This document shows positions 1 through 13,528 of a DNA stretch of 64,000 nt, in pieces. The notes under the pieces were generated by a model, which was not told where the DNA came from, made no database searches, and saw only the letters and a program-made list of their open reading frames with translations. Source of the stretch: Piromyces finnis finn. Its lineage: Eukaryota; Fungi; Neocallimastigomycota. Each line of letters begins with the position of its first letter. The first letter of the stretch is position 1. A program made the translations under genes and the position numbers. The DNA lies in the NCBI GenBank assembly GCA_002104945.1, contig MCFH01000021.1, positions 248,001 to 312,000 of the forward strand. Direction: 5' to 3'.

Positions 1-2135
1 TCTTAAAGTTTTGCCCATGATCAACTAATTTTTCGTCTAATATAAATGCAGAATCAAAAGGTAAACTGTTTAGTAAAATATCATATAATAAAAATAAAAA
101 AATGAAAAGATATTTTTTTTTATTTATAAATTGAGATATATCATTTCTTTCTGGGAAATTTACTATTAATTTATAAAACACTGGTATTATACTAAGTGTG
201 AATCCCACTGATAAAAGTAATACTTGAAGTTGACATTTTAAAGTTGTCATTTCACCTAATACTGTTAAACAAGTACTCATAGTCAAAATTGAACCAATGA
301 TAATAAATATCCAGAGATCATTTGATAAAAAAATAAAGAAAGGTTTGTATTTATCAATTATAAGAAAAGTTAGTGAAAGAAGCATGATAATAGAAAGAAA
401 TATAAATGTAACAAAAATGATGGTGCCAATAGGTGTGCTTTCATTACTTATTGGAAGATGATAAAATCTAGTAATATCGTCAATATTCTTTAATACTTCT
501 TTTGGTGATTTATCACCATACAAATATTCGTATATATAATTTCTAAATTTTTCAGAATATCCATTGTAATCTTTTGTTTTATTGGTAGGTCTGGCAGTCA
601 ACTGTACACTTTTAAGTAAAGAACAATTTATTGCAGCACAAACCTCTGGATCATCATATAAATCAGATATACCTGAAAATAATTGATTATTAATAATTAA
701 ATCTTTTTGAATTTTTTTGGAAGTAATATACTGTAATGCAATTAACGCTGACTTTAATTTTCTATCATCAATGTAGGTGCTTATACCTAAATTTGGACCA
801 CCTATTGCTGAACCAGAAACACCTTCAACTCTTCCAGGTAATGCCGTTATATTAAGACCAGTAATAGATGACAAATACCAATATTTAATAAATAAAAAAT
901 TTCCTTTTTTTTCATTTAATAATTGTGTTAAACTGATATCATCAGAACTTCTAAATATTGATTCTTTATTATTTAATATAAGATATAACAATATATATAT
1001 ATTTATGTATTAATGATATTTATTATTATTATTACTATAATTATGATTATAATTGTGATTATTTAATTTTAATTTATTTTTAGTTTAATTATTGTAGTAG
1101 CAGTATTCTTATTTTTTTCTTAATACCTGCATTAAGTTCTTCTTTCATTTTTTTCATCATTTTTAATGCTTCAATAGCTTCATTACTAGTTATTTCTGGG
1201 AATGGTGCATCTGATGAATTTCTATATGAGAAAATATATTCGTATAATGAACAAGTTCCTACTTCGTAGGCTAATATATAAATCATTTAATTTTTTATGA
1301 AAATGTTTAAATAATAATATATAAATAAGAAATAAACTTTATAAATTATTTTTATTAATTTATAAAGTACTACTAAAATAAGAATAAAAAAATTATAATA
1401 GTTTTAATGATTATTTCATTCAATAAATTGTTACTTACAATTAAATAATCCATTATAAACTATTATATTTTTATTTCCTTTGCTTCTTTCTTTTTCCATT
1501 ACATATTTACATGTGTTTAATAAACCATCCCATGTTTTTGGTATTGTTATGTTATATTTTTTTAAGAAAACCGGATTTGAATATAAAACACTAAAATCTA
1601 TAGTAATTGGCTATCAAAAACGAATATTAATATAGATAAATAATAATAGTTTATAGTTTTAGATAGAAATATTTATATACTATTTCCAAAAACCATATTA
1701 TAAATAAAATAAAATAGAATAAAAATATATTTATATATATAGTTACAAGTCCAACCCATTTTTTATCTTTATAAACGCATGATTGTGATGCAATTCCAGA
1801 TTCATACATAGCTATGTGATTTTTAGGTAACCATTCCTTCAAGTTTAATAAATAAGGTCCAAACTTTGTTGTATAAATATTATCATAAAAATACAAGTCA
1901 TATTTATTTGGTTGTTTCTGAATAAGAGAATCTATTAATGATTCATAATCTACTACTAATGATGTTGAATTTTGATCTGTATATAAATCTAAATGAATAG
2001 TGATATCTAATTTATTCTCTTTGGAATATGCATTAAATTTATCAACAAGAGGCCCATATAATTGTCCAATTCCATTAAATGAATATGCAACTGCATTTAA
2101 ATCAATAGCTATTACTTTATCTACAAATGTGTTTA
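1..2135 (-). CDS. Extracellular solute-binding-protein (SBP_bac_1-like) domain fused to class C-type (7tm_3-like) GPCR; 3' end runs off the window, start codon unresolved
   Basis: Hand-spliced minus-strand exons ~2135-1747, 1610-1439, 1270-1127 and 963-<1, all with GT-AG introns. Translation includes VIAIDLNAVAYSF, YDLYFYDNIYTTKFGPYLLNL, LYSNPVFLKKYNITIPKTWDGL, ALPGRVEGVSGSAIGGPNLGI, RPTNKTKDYNGYSEKFRNYIYEYLYG, then TM helices (IGTIIFVTFIFLSIIMLLSL; LWILFIIGSILTMSTCL; KCQLQVLLLSVGFTLSIIPVFYKL). This matches the SBP-GPCR architecture known from anaerobic gut fungi. Confidence 0.85.
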
Positions 2136-3615
2136 TTATTTAATTATTTATATTAGAACCATACTTTTTTTTATATATATTAATATTAAATTACAATATA
2201 TAAAATTTGATTATTACATATTAAAAAATATATATATATTATATTTATTATATTCATCTCTTGTAATTTGTTTTATTAATTGAAAAATAAAATTTTTATA
2301 AAAGACAATCTTTGTTAGCAATTCATTATATCATATATTATAAATGAAAAGAAAAAAAAAAGATTTTATTTTTCGCTTTTCATTATTACTTAAAAATTGA
2401 AAACAAACTATTATCTAATTGTTATTTATTATACTAATATTTATAATAATATTTAAATAAATGTTTAATAATATCAATGATGACAAACTATAAATGATAA
2501 AAATTATTAATTTAGTTGGTTCTCAAAATAAGTTAAATAGTTCTGGGTATATTTAATTTTAATTTATTAAATATTAAAATTTATCACAATGTTAAATTAG
2601 CATCCATATTTTTTTTTTTTTATTCAATAATAATAATAGGGATTGAAATTGAATATGGTATTTATTTATTTACTTAAAAGGATTAGAATAATACTTTCTA
2701 TTAGATATAATTATAGCGAATTAATGTATTTTATATTATCCATCTTTTGTCATTTGTTTATTAATTACAGTTTAAAATAAATAGTAATTTAATAATAGTT
2801 AATTTAGTATCCCTACAACTAATTAAAAGATTTATTGGTAATAATTAAAAATAGTATTTTTTGTAATAAATTAAAATTTATAGTAAAATCTTTTTTTTTT
2901 AAAAAAAAAAATAAAAGAAATTAATTTTTCCTTTTATTTTAAATTTAAAAACAATTTAAATTTATCCTATAGTTTTTTTGATGCAAGAAATGATATGATT
3001 TTTGAGAATCAAGTGTTTAATGTCATTAGCCATTACTAAAAAAATATTTTGATAATTTAATGAAAAAAACAATTTAAATTTTAATTATTAATATTAGTTG
3101 TAGGATAGGAATAATTTTATTTGAGTAAAAATATATATATATTTTACTTTTTTATTTTTATTATAATTTAGTTACTGTTACATATTAATAGTTTAAAAAA
3201 TAAGCAAATATTGGAATTGTTAAATAAAAAAAATATTTTTTTTATTAGTAATAGATTTATATAAATGTTTTTTTTATGATTAATTTTCCTTATAAATATA
3301 TTAGTAAAATATTTCTTTCCATTATTGAAACATAAACTATATCATGTTAATTGTAGTTGTAAAAACAAGAGATGTGTTAATGAAAAATTATATAATTATG
3401 TAATAGAATAATATTTTTTATATTAATATAATTTTTATTTTAATGATTTAATCAAAACTCTATTTAGACATCTATTAATAAGATTGATATCTAATAAATT
3501 TAAGAAAATATTTTTATATATAATTGAAAGCATAATTTTAAACTATAATATTAATAATAAAGATAATTATTTGTGTAGAAACGGTTTAAATTAAAATTAT
3601 TTTAAAAATAATTAT

Positions 3616-4388
3616 ATGAATTTTATGGCCTTTATATTTACAAATTATTCTATCATTTATAATAAAATATATACTAATAAGACTTTGAATAATGCCATTT
3701 ATAATATAATAAATTTTACTATTGATTCTATTATTGACATTAGATATTCTAATTATAAAGATTGTAAAAATAAAAAACTTTTACTATGTGGTTTTTTAGA
3801 ATATATTACATTAAATAATATTTTAGATAATATTATTGGATGAATAACTTTATTAGGAATATAGATTTAATGCAATATTATTTAGTATTGCAAGGTAGGT
3901 TAGTTTTGTTGAAAAAAATATAAATATATAATAAATAAAATAAGTCCAGTCCTCGTGTTTTGAAAGAATCATTATTTTTTTAAAGATTCTTTTTGATATT
4001 CAATGCAAACAATGTATTAAAAATGTATATTTACCAACAATAGAATTGTTAGTAATAACAGACATTATATTAAGCTTATAGAATATATGACCCTATTATT
4101 TGAAAATGATATTTTAATTTCATTAATATATTTAGATTGATAATATTTATGTAAAATAAAAGGGTATTAACGGTATTGGGTAAATATTTATCCTATATTT
4201 TGGAGCCAGACTTTTTTACCAGAAGAAATTCGAGCTCTGGCAGGATTTTTGCCAGGAAAATTTCAAAAAATGGAAAAAATAAGGTCAAGATTATTATTGA
4301 AAGAAAACCCATTTCTAATTTTTATAATAAAAAAAATATTTATATACCTTTTTTAGATCTTGAACATAATTTAAATATTTTTAATTAG
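3616..4388 (+). other. Decayed coding-like fragment of unknown origin (possible transposon relic)
   Basis: Short stop-interrupted frames with protein-like composition (e.g. FWSQTFLPEEIRALAGFLPGKF). A local GC-rich patch at 4201-4256 contains a CTGGCA/TGCCAG hairpin (4237-4255). No family could be assigned. Confidence 0.2.
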
Positions 4389-4399
4389 GGAATAACCTA

Positions 4400-5460
4400 T
4401 TACTAACTTAATTACATTATTTCTTTCACAAAGTTTACTTACTGTATAATGAAAATACAATATTTATATTTTTTTTTTCTTATATATACTTTTTTAATAA
4501 TTTACATAATTTTTCTGCGTCCTTATTTAATGTAATTTTTATTATTTCTTTTGAATTTTGGATTAAATCATAATAATAATATTGTGTATAGTTTGCTTTA
4601 CTTAAGGCTTCTATAAGTTTTTCTTTTAATTTTTTATTTGAAATAGAGATTTCTTCATTATAATAGGTTAAAAATCCATAAGTAACCATCTTTGAATATA
4701 ATTCTTTTTCTCTTTCATTATTATTTTTCTTTATATTTTTCAATTCATCTTTTAATTCTTCTGCTCTATATATTTTCTAAATTTATAGATACCTTTTTCC
4801 CTTTAATTAATTCTAAATTTCATCCTTTACATCACTTATTTTAAAATTAATTATTTCAGTTACTTCTTTTAAACGTTCTTGTTTGTGTTCAATAATTTTT
4901 AATTGAGTTTTTGTCTATTGTTTGAATCACTGACCACAGATTAAAATTTTTTTACCATTAATACTTTTATACCACTTTTCTAAATCATCATATTTTAGGG
5001 GTTTTTTTTCTATCTTTTTTTTCTCTATTTATTTCTTCACTTTTTTTTTTTTACAAAGGAATCGAACTACTTTTTCTGTAAAACCAAAATATTGATATTA
5101 TTCATCATCATTTATCAGAGAATACTCACTGAAACAATTATGTGTTGATTGAATTGTCTATTTTGCTATTGGTAATATTCCAGTCACATATGCAAAAGCA
5201 AAACATGATTTGTCTTTTATTAAATCTAAGAAATTTATTAATGTATATATCCTTTCTTCATTAGTAGTACATTCTTCAGAAATTTTATTAATAATTGGAT
5301 AATCCCATTCCTCAATTATAAGTATAAGATCTTTATCTAATTTTTTAGATAAAAATATTATATTATTAAAACCTTCCATTATTATTTTTTTATGTTTATT
5401 TAATAAATAAATAATAATTCGTATGACAAAAATTAAGAAATAAAAAGTACATTTCACTAA
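4400..5460 (-). pseudogene. AAA-ATPase-like (PF09820-type, bacterial AAA-ATPase/PD-(D/E)XK family) pseudogene
   Basis: Motifs LILIIEEWDYPI (Walker B-like), AFAYVTGILPIAK*, CFSEYSLINDDE*YQYFGFTEK, DLEKWYKKY and YSKMVTYGFLTYYNEEISISN occur in family order. In-frame stops at 5158-5160 and 5098-5100, further frameshifts, no recognisable Walker A/N-terminus, no introns. Confidence 0.75.
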
Positions 5461-7679
5461 TTGAACTAACTTTTCTCTCTAATAACTCTTAAAATAATCC
5501 TTTTTATTCAATTTTTAATTTCTTTTTTACAATCTGTAATATATTAATTAATATATAAATATTTAATATAAATTTATTATAATTAAAATTTAAACTTTTA
5601 ACTTCAACTTATAGTAAAAGCCACAAAAATTAATTATAAAAAAATAATTTTAAACACTTTAATGTAGTAATTAATAATGATAAATAATAATAAAAGGTTT
5701 ATTAAAATATATTTTATTTAATTATATTATGTAAAAAAAAAAGTTTAATTCTTAAAAATATAATAAAAGATAATTGAAAATGTTATTGATAAATGAAATG
5801 ATGAATACTAGATATTTTAATATGAATTGGAATATAAAAAGTATATTTATTATTTATACTATTTATAATACATAATAACAATATTATATTAATATAACAT
5901 TTATTTTTTTTAATTATTTACTAATGAATAACAATCAATTATAATTATTAATCTTTATTTAAAATATCTATTTTTTTCAATACCATATATCATTTATTTA
6001 AATAAATTTCTTGTTATAAGTTATTAAATATTTATTAATATTAAATAATTCAACTTAACCACCACACTACTATAGACATATAGACAAAAAAATAAAATAT
6101 TTTAAATATTATTAGGTTATATTATAAAGAATAATGACTATAATAATAATTAAAATAGATATTTATAATAGTAATAATTTATTATTTCAATAATTAACAA
6201 AATATATTTTCATTATATTCTTGTTTTATATTATTATTTTATATAATACGTCGTTATTAATATCTTTATAATCTTATATTTCTTTTTATTATTAATAGTA
6301 TTATATTAATTTTCCAACGATTATTCACCTAGTTTTACTCATTTTAATTAAATACAAAGCAGGCAAATTAAAAAATATTAACTAATAATATTTTTTTTTT
6401 AATTATAGAAAGTAATTAAAACAAACAATTATTTTTTAATTATTGTAATAATGAAATATTTTAATATTTAAAAAGTTTATAATAGATTTGATAAATACTT
6501 TCATTTTATAAATATGAACCTTTTAATAGTAAATATAGGTTTAATATTATATAATATTTTTACTCTTTATATGAATAAATCAAACGTTTCTGAAAATAAG
6601 AAAATAATTATTTTATAAATGATATTTATTTTATATAGTCTCAAAACATTTAATATGAATTGTTTAATGAATTACAAATAAACTAAATTCAATATTAATC
6701 TTTTTAAAATTCTAACCATCGAATGTTATTTAAAAGTGATGTTTTTTTTTAAAAAAAATAATTATTATTTTATTGATATATAAACAATTATCATTCATTA
6801 TAAAAAATAACAGACTTTTTTTATCATAACTATTATCACTAGTTTCTTTTTTTTATATAAAGGCATACTTTTTCAATATAACAATCAATCTATTTAAACA
6901 TCTTAAATTTTGTTTTATATTAAATGAAAAAAAAATTATTATTAGTTTAATAAACCTTATTAATTATTTATAAAAAAATAATGAAATTATAAAGCATAAT
7001 ACTCTTCTCCTAATTATAAATTATCATCATCATACATAATAATAGGAATAATGAGAATAATGAAAATAATTACTAATAATAGTTAATAAATATAAATATT
7101 ATATTTTTATTTACATATAATTATTCTTTTTATTTATTTATCTAATCATTTTTTTTTTTTTTACTACATATCAATATATCAATAGGTAAATATTCATTTA
7201 ATATTTATTATTGTTTAAATTAATAGTAAATAATTATTTATTAGAATAAGAAAATATTTTTTTTTCATTAAAATAATTTTAATTATAATAAAGATTGAAG
7301 TCAACATGGTAGAAGATAGTGTGACTAATGCTTTTTTTTTTTTTTTTTTTTTCATAACAAAGGATTATATTATATGGCAACAAAAACAACAATAGTAGCA
7401 ATAGAAACAGCCACAAAAAAGAAACTTTCTTTTTTTTTTTTTTTTTGAATTTTTTTGCTTCATTTTATTAATAATTAAAATTCATTTGTTATATTAAAAA
7501 TATTATGTATCATATTAAACATTCGTCCATCTATAAGAAATATATTAAAAAATATTTTTACTTTGAACTTTTTTTTTTTTTTACATTCAACTTTTTCAAT
7601 TAAAAGTAATATTGTAATATGTATTATATCTAATCCAAAAATATCAAGTTTCAATTACTTTATTTTTAAAATTATAATT

Positions 7680-7687
<8 letters not shown>

Positions 7688-7739
<52 letters not shown>
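7688..7739. repeat. (TTA)n microsatellite
   Basis: Direct reading of a perfect trinucleotide run. Confidence 0.95.
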
Positions 7740-9212
7740 TAAATTTATATTTATATAAAGATTTGACAATTTAAAAAAGTAAATTTTTGTTTCATTCTTT
7801 TTTTTAAAAGAAGGGAAATTTTAATCAATTATAAATTAATTTATTTTTTTAAATCCTATTATTTATTAATATTCATTATTTACAGAAAAAAAAAAAAACC
7901 CTAAATATTTTAGTAAATTTGATTTATAGTGGTTATTATTAAATCTATTGTATTATTGTATTATTTATATTAATTTAATAAAAATAATTAATTATAGAAA
8001 AATGTCTTTCCTATTGTAAATAAAAATAAAAATGTTTTTTTTATTATTGATAATTTATATTTATTTATTATTATAGGATGAATAACTTATTTAACAATCA
8101 ATTATGATATATATGTTGAGTGAGTATACATCATAATCGTATTAACTTGGTTTACTTCATCTATAAAAAGTTAAACCTACTCTCTGGCTGTCTGGTAGGT
8201 GATTTATTTCAATATTTATTATGAACACTTTTTTTTCGTTGATCATTTTTTTTTTGTGTACCATATAGAGTTACACAGATTTAATTTATATTTTTTTTAT
8301 TATCCTATACTATATACAAAAATATAGTAATTAAACTTTTATACTAAATCCGTTGTAATTTTAATATATATAAAGAATAATATTTATTAAATTCTGTATA
8401 TTAAATGAGGATAATATTATATACAATAAATAATATTGATTATATCATTATATATAATAATAATAAAAAATATATAAAAATATTAAATATATTTTTATAT
8501 TTAATATTTATTTTTTTTTCCCAAAATTTTAATATATATATTAGAATATCACCAAAATTTTGAATTTTTTAAAAAAAAAAAATAAAAAAAAAACAAAACA
8601 ATAAAAACTTGGAAAATTTTGAATCATCATATAAAATAAAATTAAAATAAAGACAAAAAAAGTAAAGAAATAATAATAAAAAAAAAAGAAATAAAATAGA
8701 CAATAAAAAATTAATAATTATACCTCAATATTAGTTAGATATAGAATTCCATTAGTATATTATAATATGATTTCATATTAAAATTGAAATAATAAAGATA
8801 TTTATCAAAAGTAAAGTTTTCATAAACTTAACCAAACTTAATATATTTATATATATGGAATACAATAAATTAAATATAATATTTTCGTTAAATAGTAATC
8901 TAATATCTATAAATATCAATATAACCTCTATACAGTAAAACATATGTATATATGTATATAATTCCAATTAATTAACCCAATTTCATTATTATTATTATTA
9001 TAATATTTAATATAATAATTTTGTAAATATATATTTCTAATTATAAAATAAAAATTAGTAATTTAATATTTACATTCTCAAAAAAAAAAAAAAAAAAAAA
9101 AAAAAAGAAAAGAAAACAATAATACTTTAAACAAATAAAATATCTAAAATTGATATTAAATTTTAGAATTCAATAATATTAAATTTCAACTATCGAACAC
9201 ATATATAAATAA

Positions 9213-10697
9213 ATGACTACAACATATAAAACTGTTTCAGAATCTTTCTCAGATTTCATTAATAAGTCACAGTACTTTAACCCATTCTTTTCATTTATAG
9301 CAGTATTTTATATATATTTTGCAATTGGTGTTCGTTCTGATACCATATGGAAATATCTTTTCTGGGTAGTAAATTGTGGTTTCTTTGCTAATCTTTTTTC
9401 AATGGCAAAGGCTTTGTCTAAAAATTTAAATTATTTTGGATTTAAATATTTTACACATTTAGTATGGTTCGAAACCATTTTATTTGGTATCAATGAATGG
9501 GGCTTTGTTTATATTAATTTTTTAAAAATAAGATCATTAATTTCTACTTTGAGAACTCGCATTTGGTCTGGTATCATTTATTCCTTATTCTTTTATACTA
9601 TGATATGTAGAATTATCATTTCATATTATGAATTAGATGAAGAAAATCAATTATTAAATGGAGAAACTCCGATAGAAAAAAGTGTCAAAATCCATACTAT
9701 TTTGTATGTGCCAATGGGTGTCATTGAATGTATATTTTTATATTTAATTATAATAAATATTATGAGTGAAGAAGATAATAAATCGAAAAGTGTTTTAAGT
9801 ATTCTTCTTCATAGTAGTTTATCAAGAATGTTTATAGGTAAGTTTAAAACAATGATCCATTAATATATATTAATAATAAATATAATTACACATCTTAACA
9901 TATACAAAAAAAAGAAAAAGCATAATTTATTAATTTTATATTATATTATATTATATTATTATTAATTTTTTAATTTTTTTTTTTTTTTTACAGTTTCTTT
10001 ATTATTATTATCTATTTCAATTTTAGTATGGTTCCCTAATACAGGAGTAACAGGGTTTATAAGAAGATTTTTATGGAGAATAAAAGGTTATCTTGGTATT
10101 ATTTTTTTAGTGGATTTATTACTTTTACGTATTGAAATCGATAATAATAAAATTATTGATCAGAATGAAAAGATTAAAAAGATTAATCTAGAAAATTCTA
10201 TTCAAAATATCACAAGAATGTATCAAACAAACAACGCTAATTCTAATTTTAACACCACAAATAATTATTCACCAACTAATTATTCACCTCATTCACGTCA
10301 ATCTATTGGAAGCTATATTCCACCTTTTTCACCCAGTAAAACAAGTGATTTTTCAACTCATCGAACCTCTTTTGAAAATGTAGATAATTCAAGGGAAAAG
10401 TTGATTAATTCACCAACGACTCCTTCTTCTTCACGCTATGTAATGTCACCTTCACTTAGAAGTCCCATGGTCACATCAAACTCTCAAAAACACATTCTAA
10501 CACATTCTAATGATAGAACGATTCGTCATCAAAGTGGTGGTGCATTTTCAGTATATAACAATGATGCTATTACCATTGAAAATTCTAATAAGCAATTAAA
10601 TACAGCTCATTCTGATAATGGTGAAATTACTGAAAATGATATTCATCAACAATCCAAATTTCCGATTTATGAAGAATCCAAAAAATTATATAAATGA
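9213..10697 (+). CDS. Orphan 7TM receptor-like protein, paralog 1 (~442 aa, 2 exons)
   Basis: Exons 9213-9837 and 9994-10697 (intron gtaagt...acag, phase 1). Seven hydrophobic segments, motifs NKSQYFNPFFS, IWKYL, NEWG, LYVPMG, SSLSRM, WRIKGYLGIIFLVD, and a Ser/Pro-rich tail. Confidence 0.85.
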
Positions 10698-12748
10698 ATA
10701 ATTATACCTGTTTTTTGTTTATACTTTAATTATTCTATATAGTTATTAAAAAAAAAATACTATGTATACAAATTATGTCATCCTAGGAAAACAATAAATT
10801 AAGTTTTTTTTTTAAAAAAAGAAAAAAAAAAAATCTATAATGTAATGTAATTTTCTGTCATTACAATGTATAATGTAGTTGTGTGTGGGGTTTTCTTATT
10901 TTATTTTTACCTAAAAATGATATAGATTTTGTTATAAAATATTAATATATTAATAAAAAAAAGAGTACATTGTTATTCTGTATGAAAAAAGTACAATAAA
11001 CTAATAATTAATTTAATATAGATGGTTTTAAAAAAGAACCATTAAGAATAGTTAATTAGGATCATCAAAATTAAGGCTAATTAAATTTGATTAAAAAAAG
11101 GAATTTTAAATACTATCTGTAAAATGTAATGTAATTTACAATACATTTATTAAAGAAATATTCTAAAAAAGAACAAAGAAAGAAAATTAAAGTTTCAGTT
11201 CTGTAAAATGTTCATACACAAAATAATAAAACATATTAAATTTAAATATCAACCTCTGGATTTTATTGGTACGATTTTGGAAACATTCAAGATAATTTTA
11301 TTAATTTTTTCTTTAAATGGATAAATAAAGGAATAATATTTCATAAATTTTTATTTTTTCATCCTTTATTAAAATAAGAATAATAATACTAATAAAAATG
11401 TACAAAATTAAAATAAAAAAAAAAAAAATTGGTATTATTAATAAATCTAAACTTTTTTTTTGTTGAAAAAAAAAAAGACTATTTAATTAAAATAAAAACG
11501 AATAGGTTAAAATTATTTATTTTATATATATATATATTATTATTATTAATAAAAATTTAATGATGATTAGAAAAAAAGCCAAATTCAAGAGGTAATAAGA
11601 TAAATTTTTAGTTGGAATGACAGAAAAAAATTTTTAATATAGAAATTTAAGTGTAATCTATCAATTAATATTTATTATTCTGAGCAGGTATATTAATTTT
11701 TTATATAAAATAAAATTAATTATAATAATAATATTATTAATATTAAATTAATAATAATACTAGATAGATACTAAATTAATAATACTAGATTAATTATTAT
11801 TATCATAAAAAATAATATTATTCTATCATTGAATAATTATTGATCATTTATTTAATCATTTATTATTTCTTTTAAAGTTTTTCATAATCTTTTATTATGC
11901 TTATTCATCCATATTTAATATTACAAAATCTATTCAATCATCTTTTTTTTTTATATCAACAAGAAATGTTTTTTTTTTCATTTTCTTTTAGTTCTTTATT
12001 AATTTTTTTATATACTGAAACTATTATTAATAATACATTTTTCGTTAAACACCCTCTATTGTATTTTAATTATTAATAAAAAAAAAAAGGTGAAAAAGAT
12101 TTCAATATTTTCTAATATATGGCCAAGTTTCAATAAATTTCTAAAACTTTTATTAAAAAGTTGATTGTTTTTTTTTTAAATCAATTTCCTAATTTAAAAA
12201 ATAATTATATTAATAACAAATTAATTAAATTAAATTAATTATTTAATGAAAATCATTTGTAGATCACTTTATATATAAACCAAATTTTAAAGATCCGATT
12301 ATATTAATATAAACATAGTTTATGGTTAAAAAACCTTAAATTATTGAAAAGTAAAGATAATATTTTTGTATTACCTTTTAATTAATCATCCATATTAATT
12401 TTTAATTAATTTTATTACACAATAATAATTAAAAATTTATTAATAGAAATGATATTAATGATTGATATATAATTATTTTTTTTTAAAAAAAATTCGTTAT
12501 TATAATTTGTGTAACCTTTTTGAATGGCTAAGAATTTTTTTTTTATTTAATTGTTTTTTCATTATTTAAAATAATATAATTAAAATCAAATATTTACATC
12601 ATTGTTGTTTAATTGACCATTAGATTTAGATTCATTATTGAAATGAAAAATTCTATCACCATTATTCTAAATATTTTGGTAAAAATTATTCGATATCTTA
12701 TTTATATATTTATATATATTTTATTTTTTGACATATACACAGTTACAA

Positions 12749-12750
<2 letters not shown>

Positions 12751-12833
<83 letters not shown>
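12751..12833. repeat. (TAA)n microsatellite
   Basis: Perfect trinucleotide run; source of the poly-Ile ORF at 12613-12882. Confidence 0.95.
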
Positions 12834-12838
<5 letters not shown>

Positions 12839-13528
12839 GAAAGAAAGATCCTATTCATTATATTGGATATCTTTTAATATAAAAAAATAATTAATAAATT
12901 AACATTTAATTATAATGTTTTATTAGAATATAATATTAAAAATAAAGAAACTTTAATTTATAAAGAATTAATTATTAAATAGATTAAAAAAAAAAAAAGA
13001 ATATTATTAATAATGAATAAAATTATTGATTTCATATTAATTTAAATTTTTTTTATTACTTCTAGAACAAGATATAATCAAGACATAATATATTAAAAAA
13101 AAATTTTTTTTATAATTTAGATATTATAAAAAAATATAAAACGTTTTTTATTTTCCTTTTTCTTTAAAAAAAAGAGTTCACATAAAAAACTATTCATTAT
13201 AAAAAGTATTTATAATAATTAAATGTAATATAAAAACTTTGAAAAAATTATAAAGGAAATAAAATAAAAAAAGAATTTTAAATAACAAAATTATCAATAT
13301 AAAATTGTAATTTATTGAAACATAGAATTACAAAGAAACAAAAAATAAGGTGAAAAATTAAACAAACAAAAGACAATCACTTATTTTAAAAATTATGATA
13401 GGCTAAAATAAGTCAATATTTTGAAATTTCAAAAAAAAAAACTATCAATAATAAATAAATAATTAAAGAAAGTAATAATTATAAAAAAATTAAAAAATTT
13501 AACAATACTATTAATATATATATATAAA

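Noticed and set aside
777-1013. Plus-strand 78-aa ORF
   Set aside because: Antisense shadow of the SBP-GPCR exon on the minus strand.
8175-8200. ACCTAC...GTAGGT hairpin as a possible Helitron 3' end
   Set aside because: Only a 6-bp stem, with no CTRR terminus downstream and no matching 5' end.
12613-12882. ORF with poly-Ile (likewise 16190-16504, 16196-16474 and 19776-20015)
   Set aside because: These are translations of (TAA)n/(CAA)n microsatellites, not genes.
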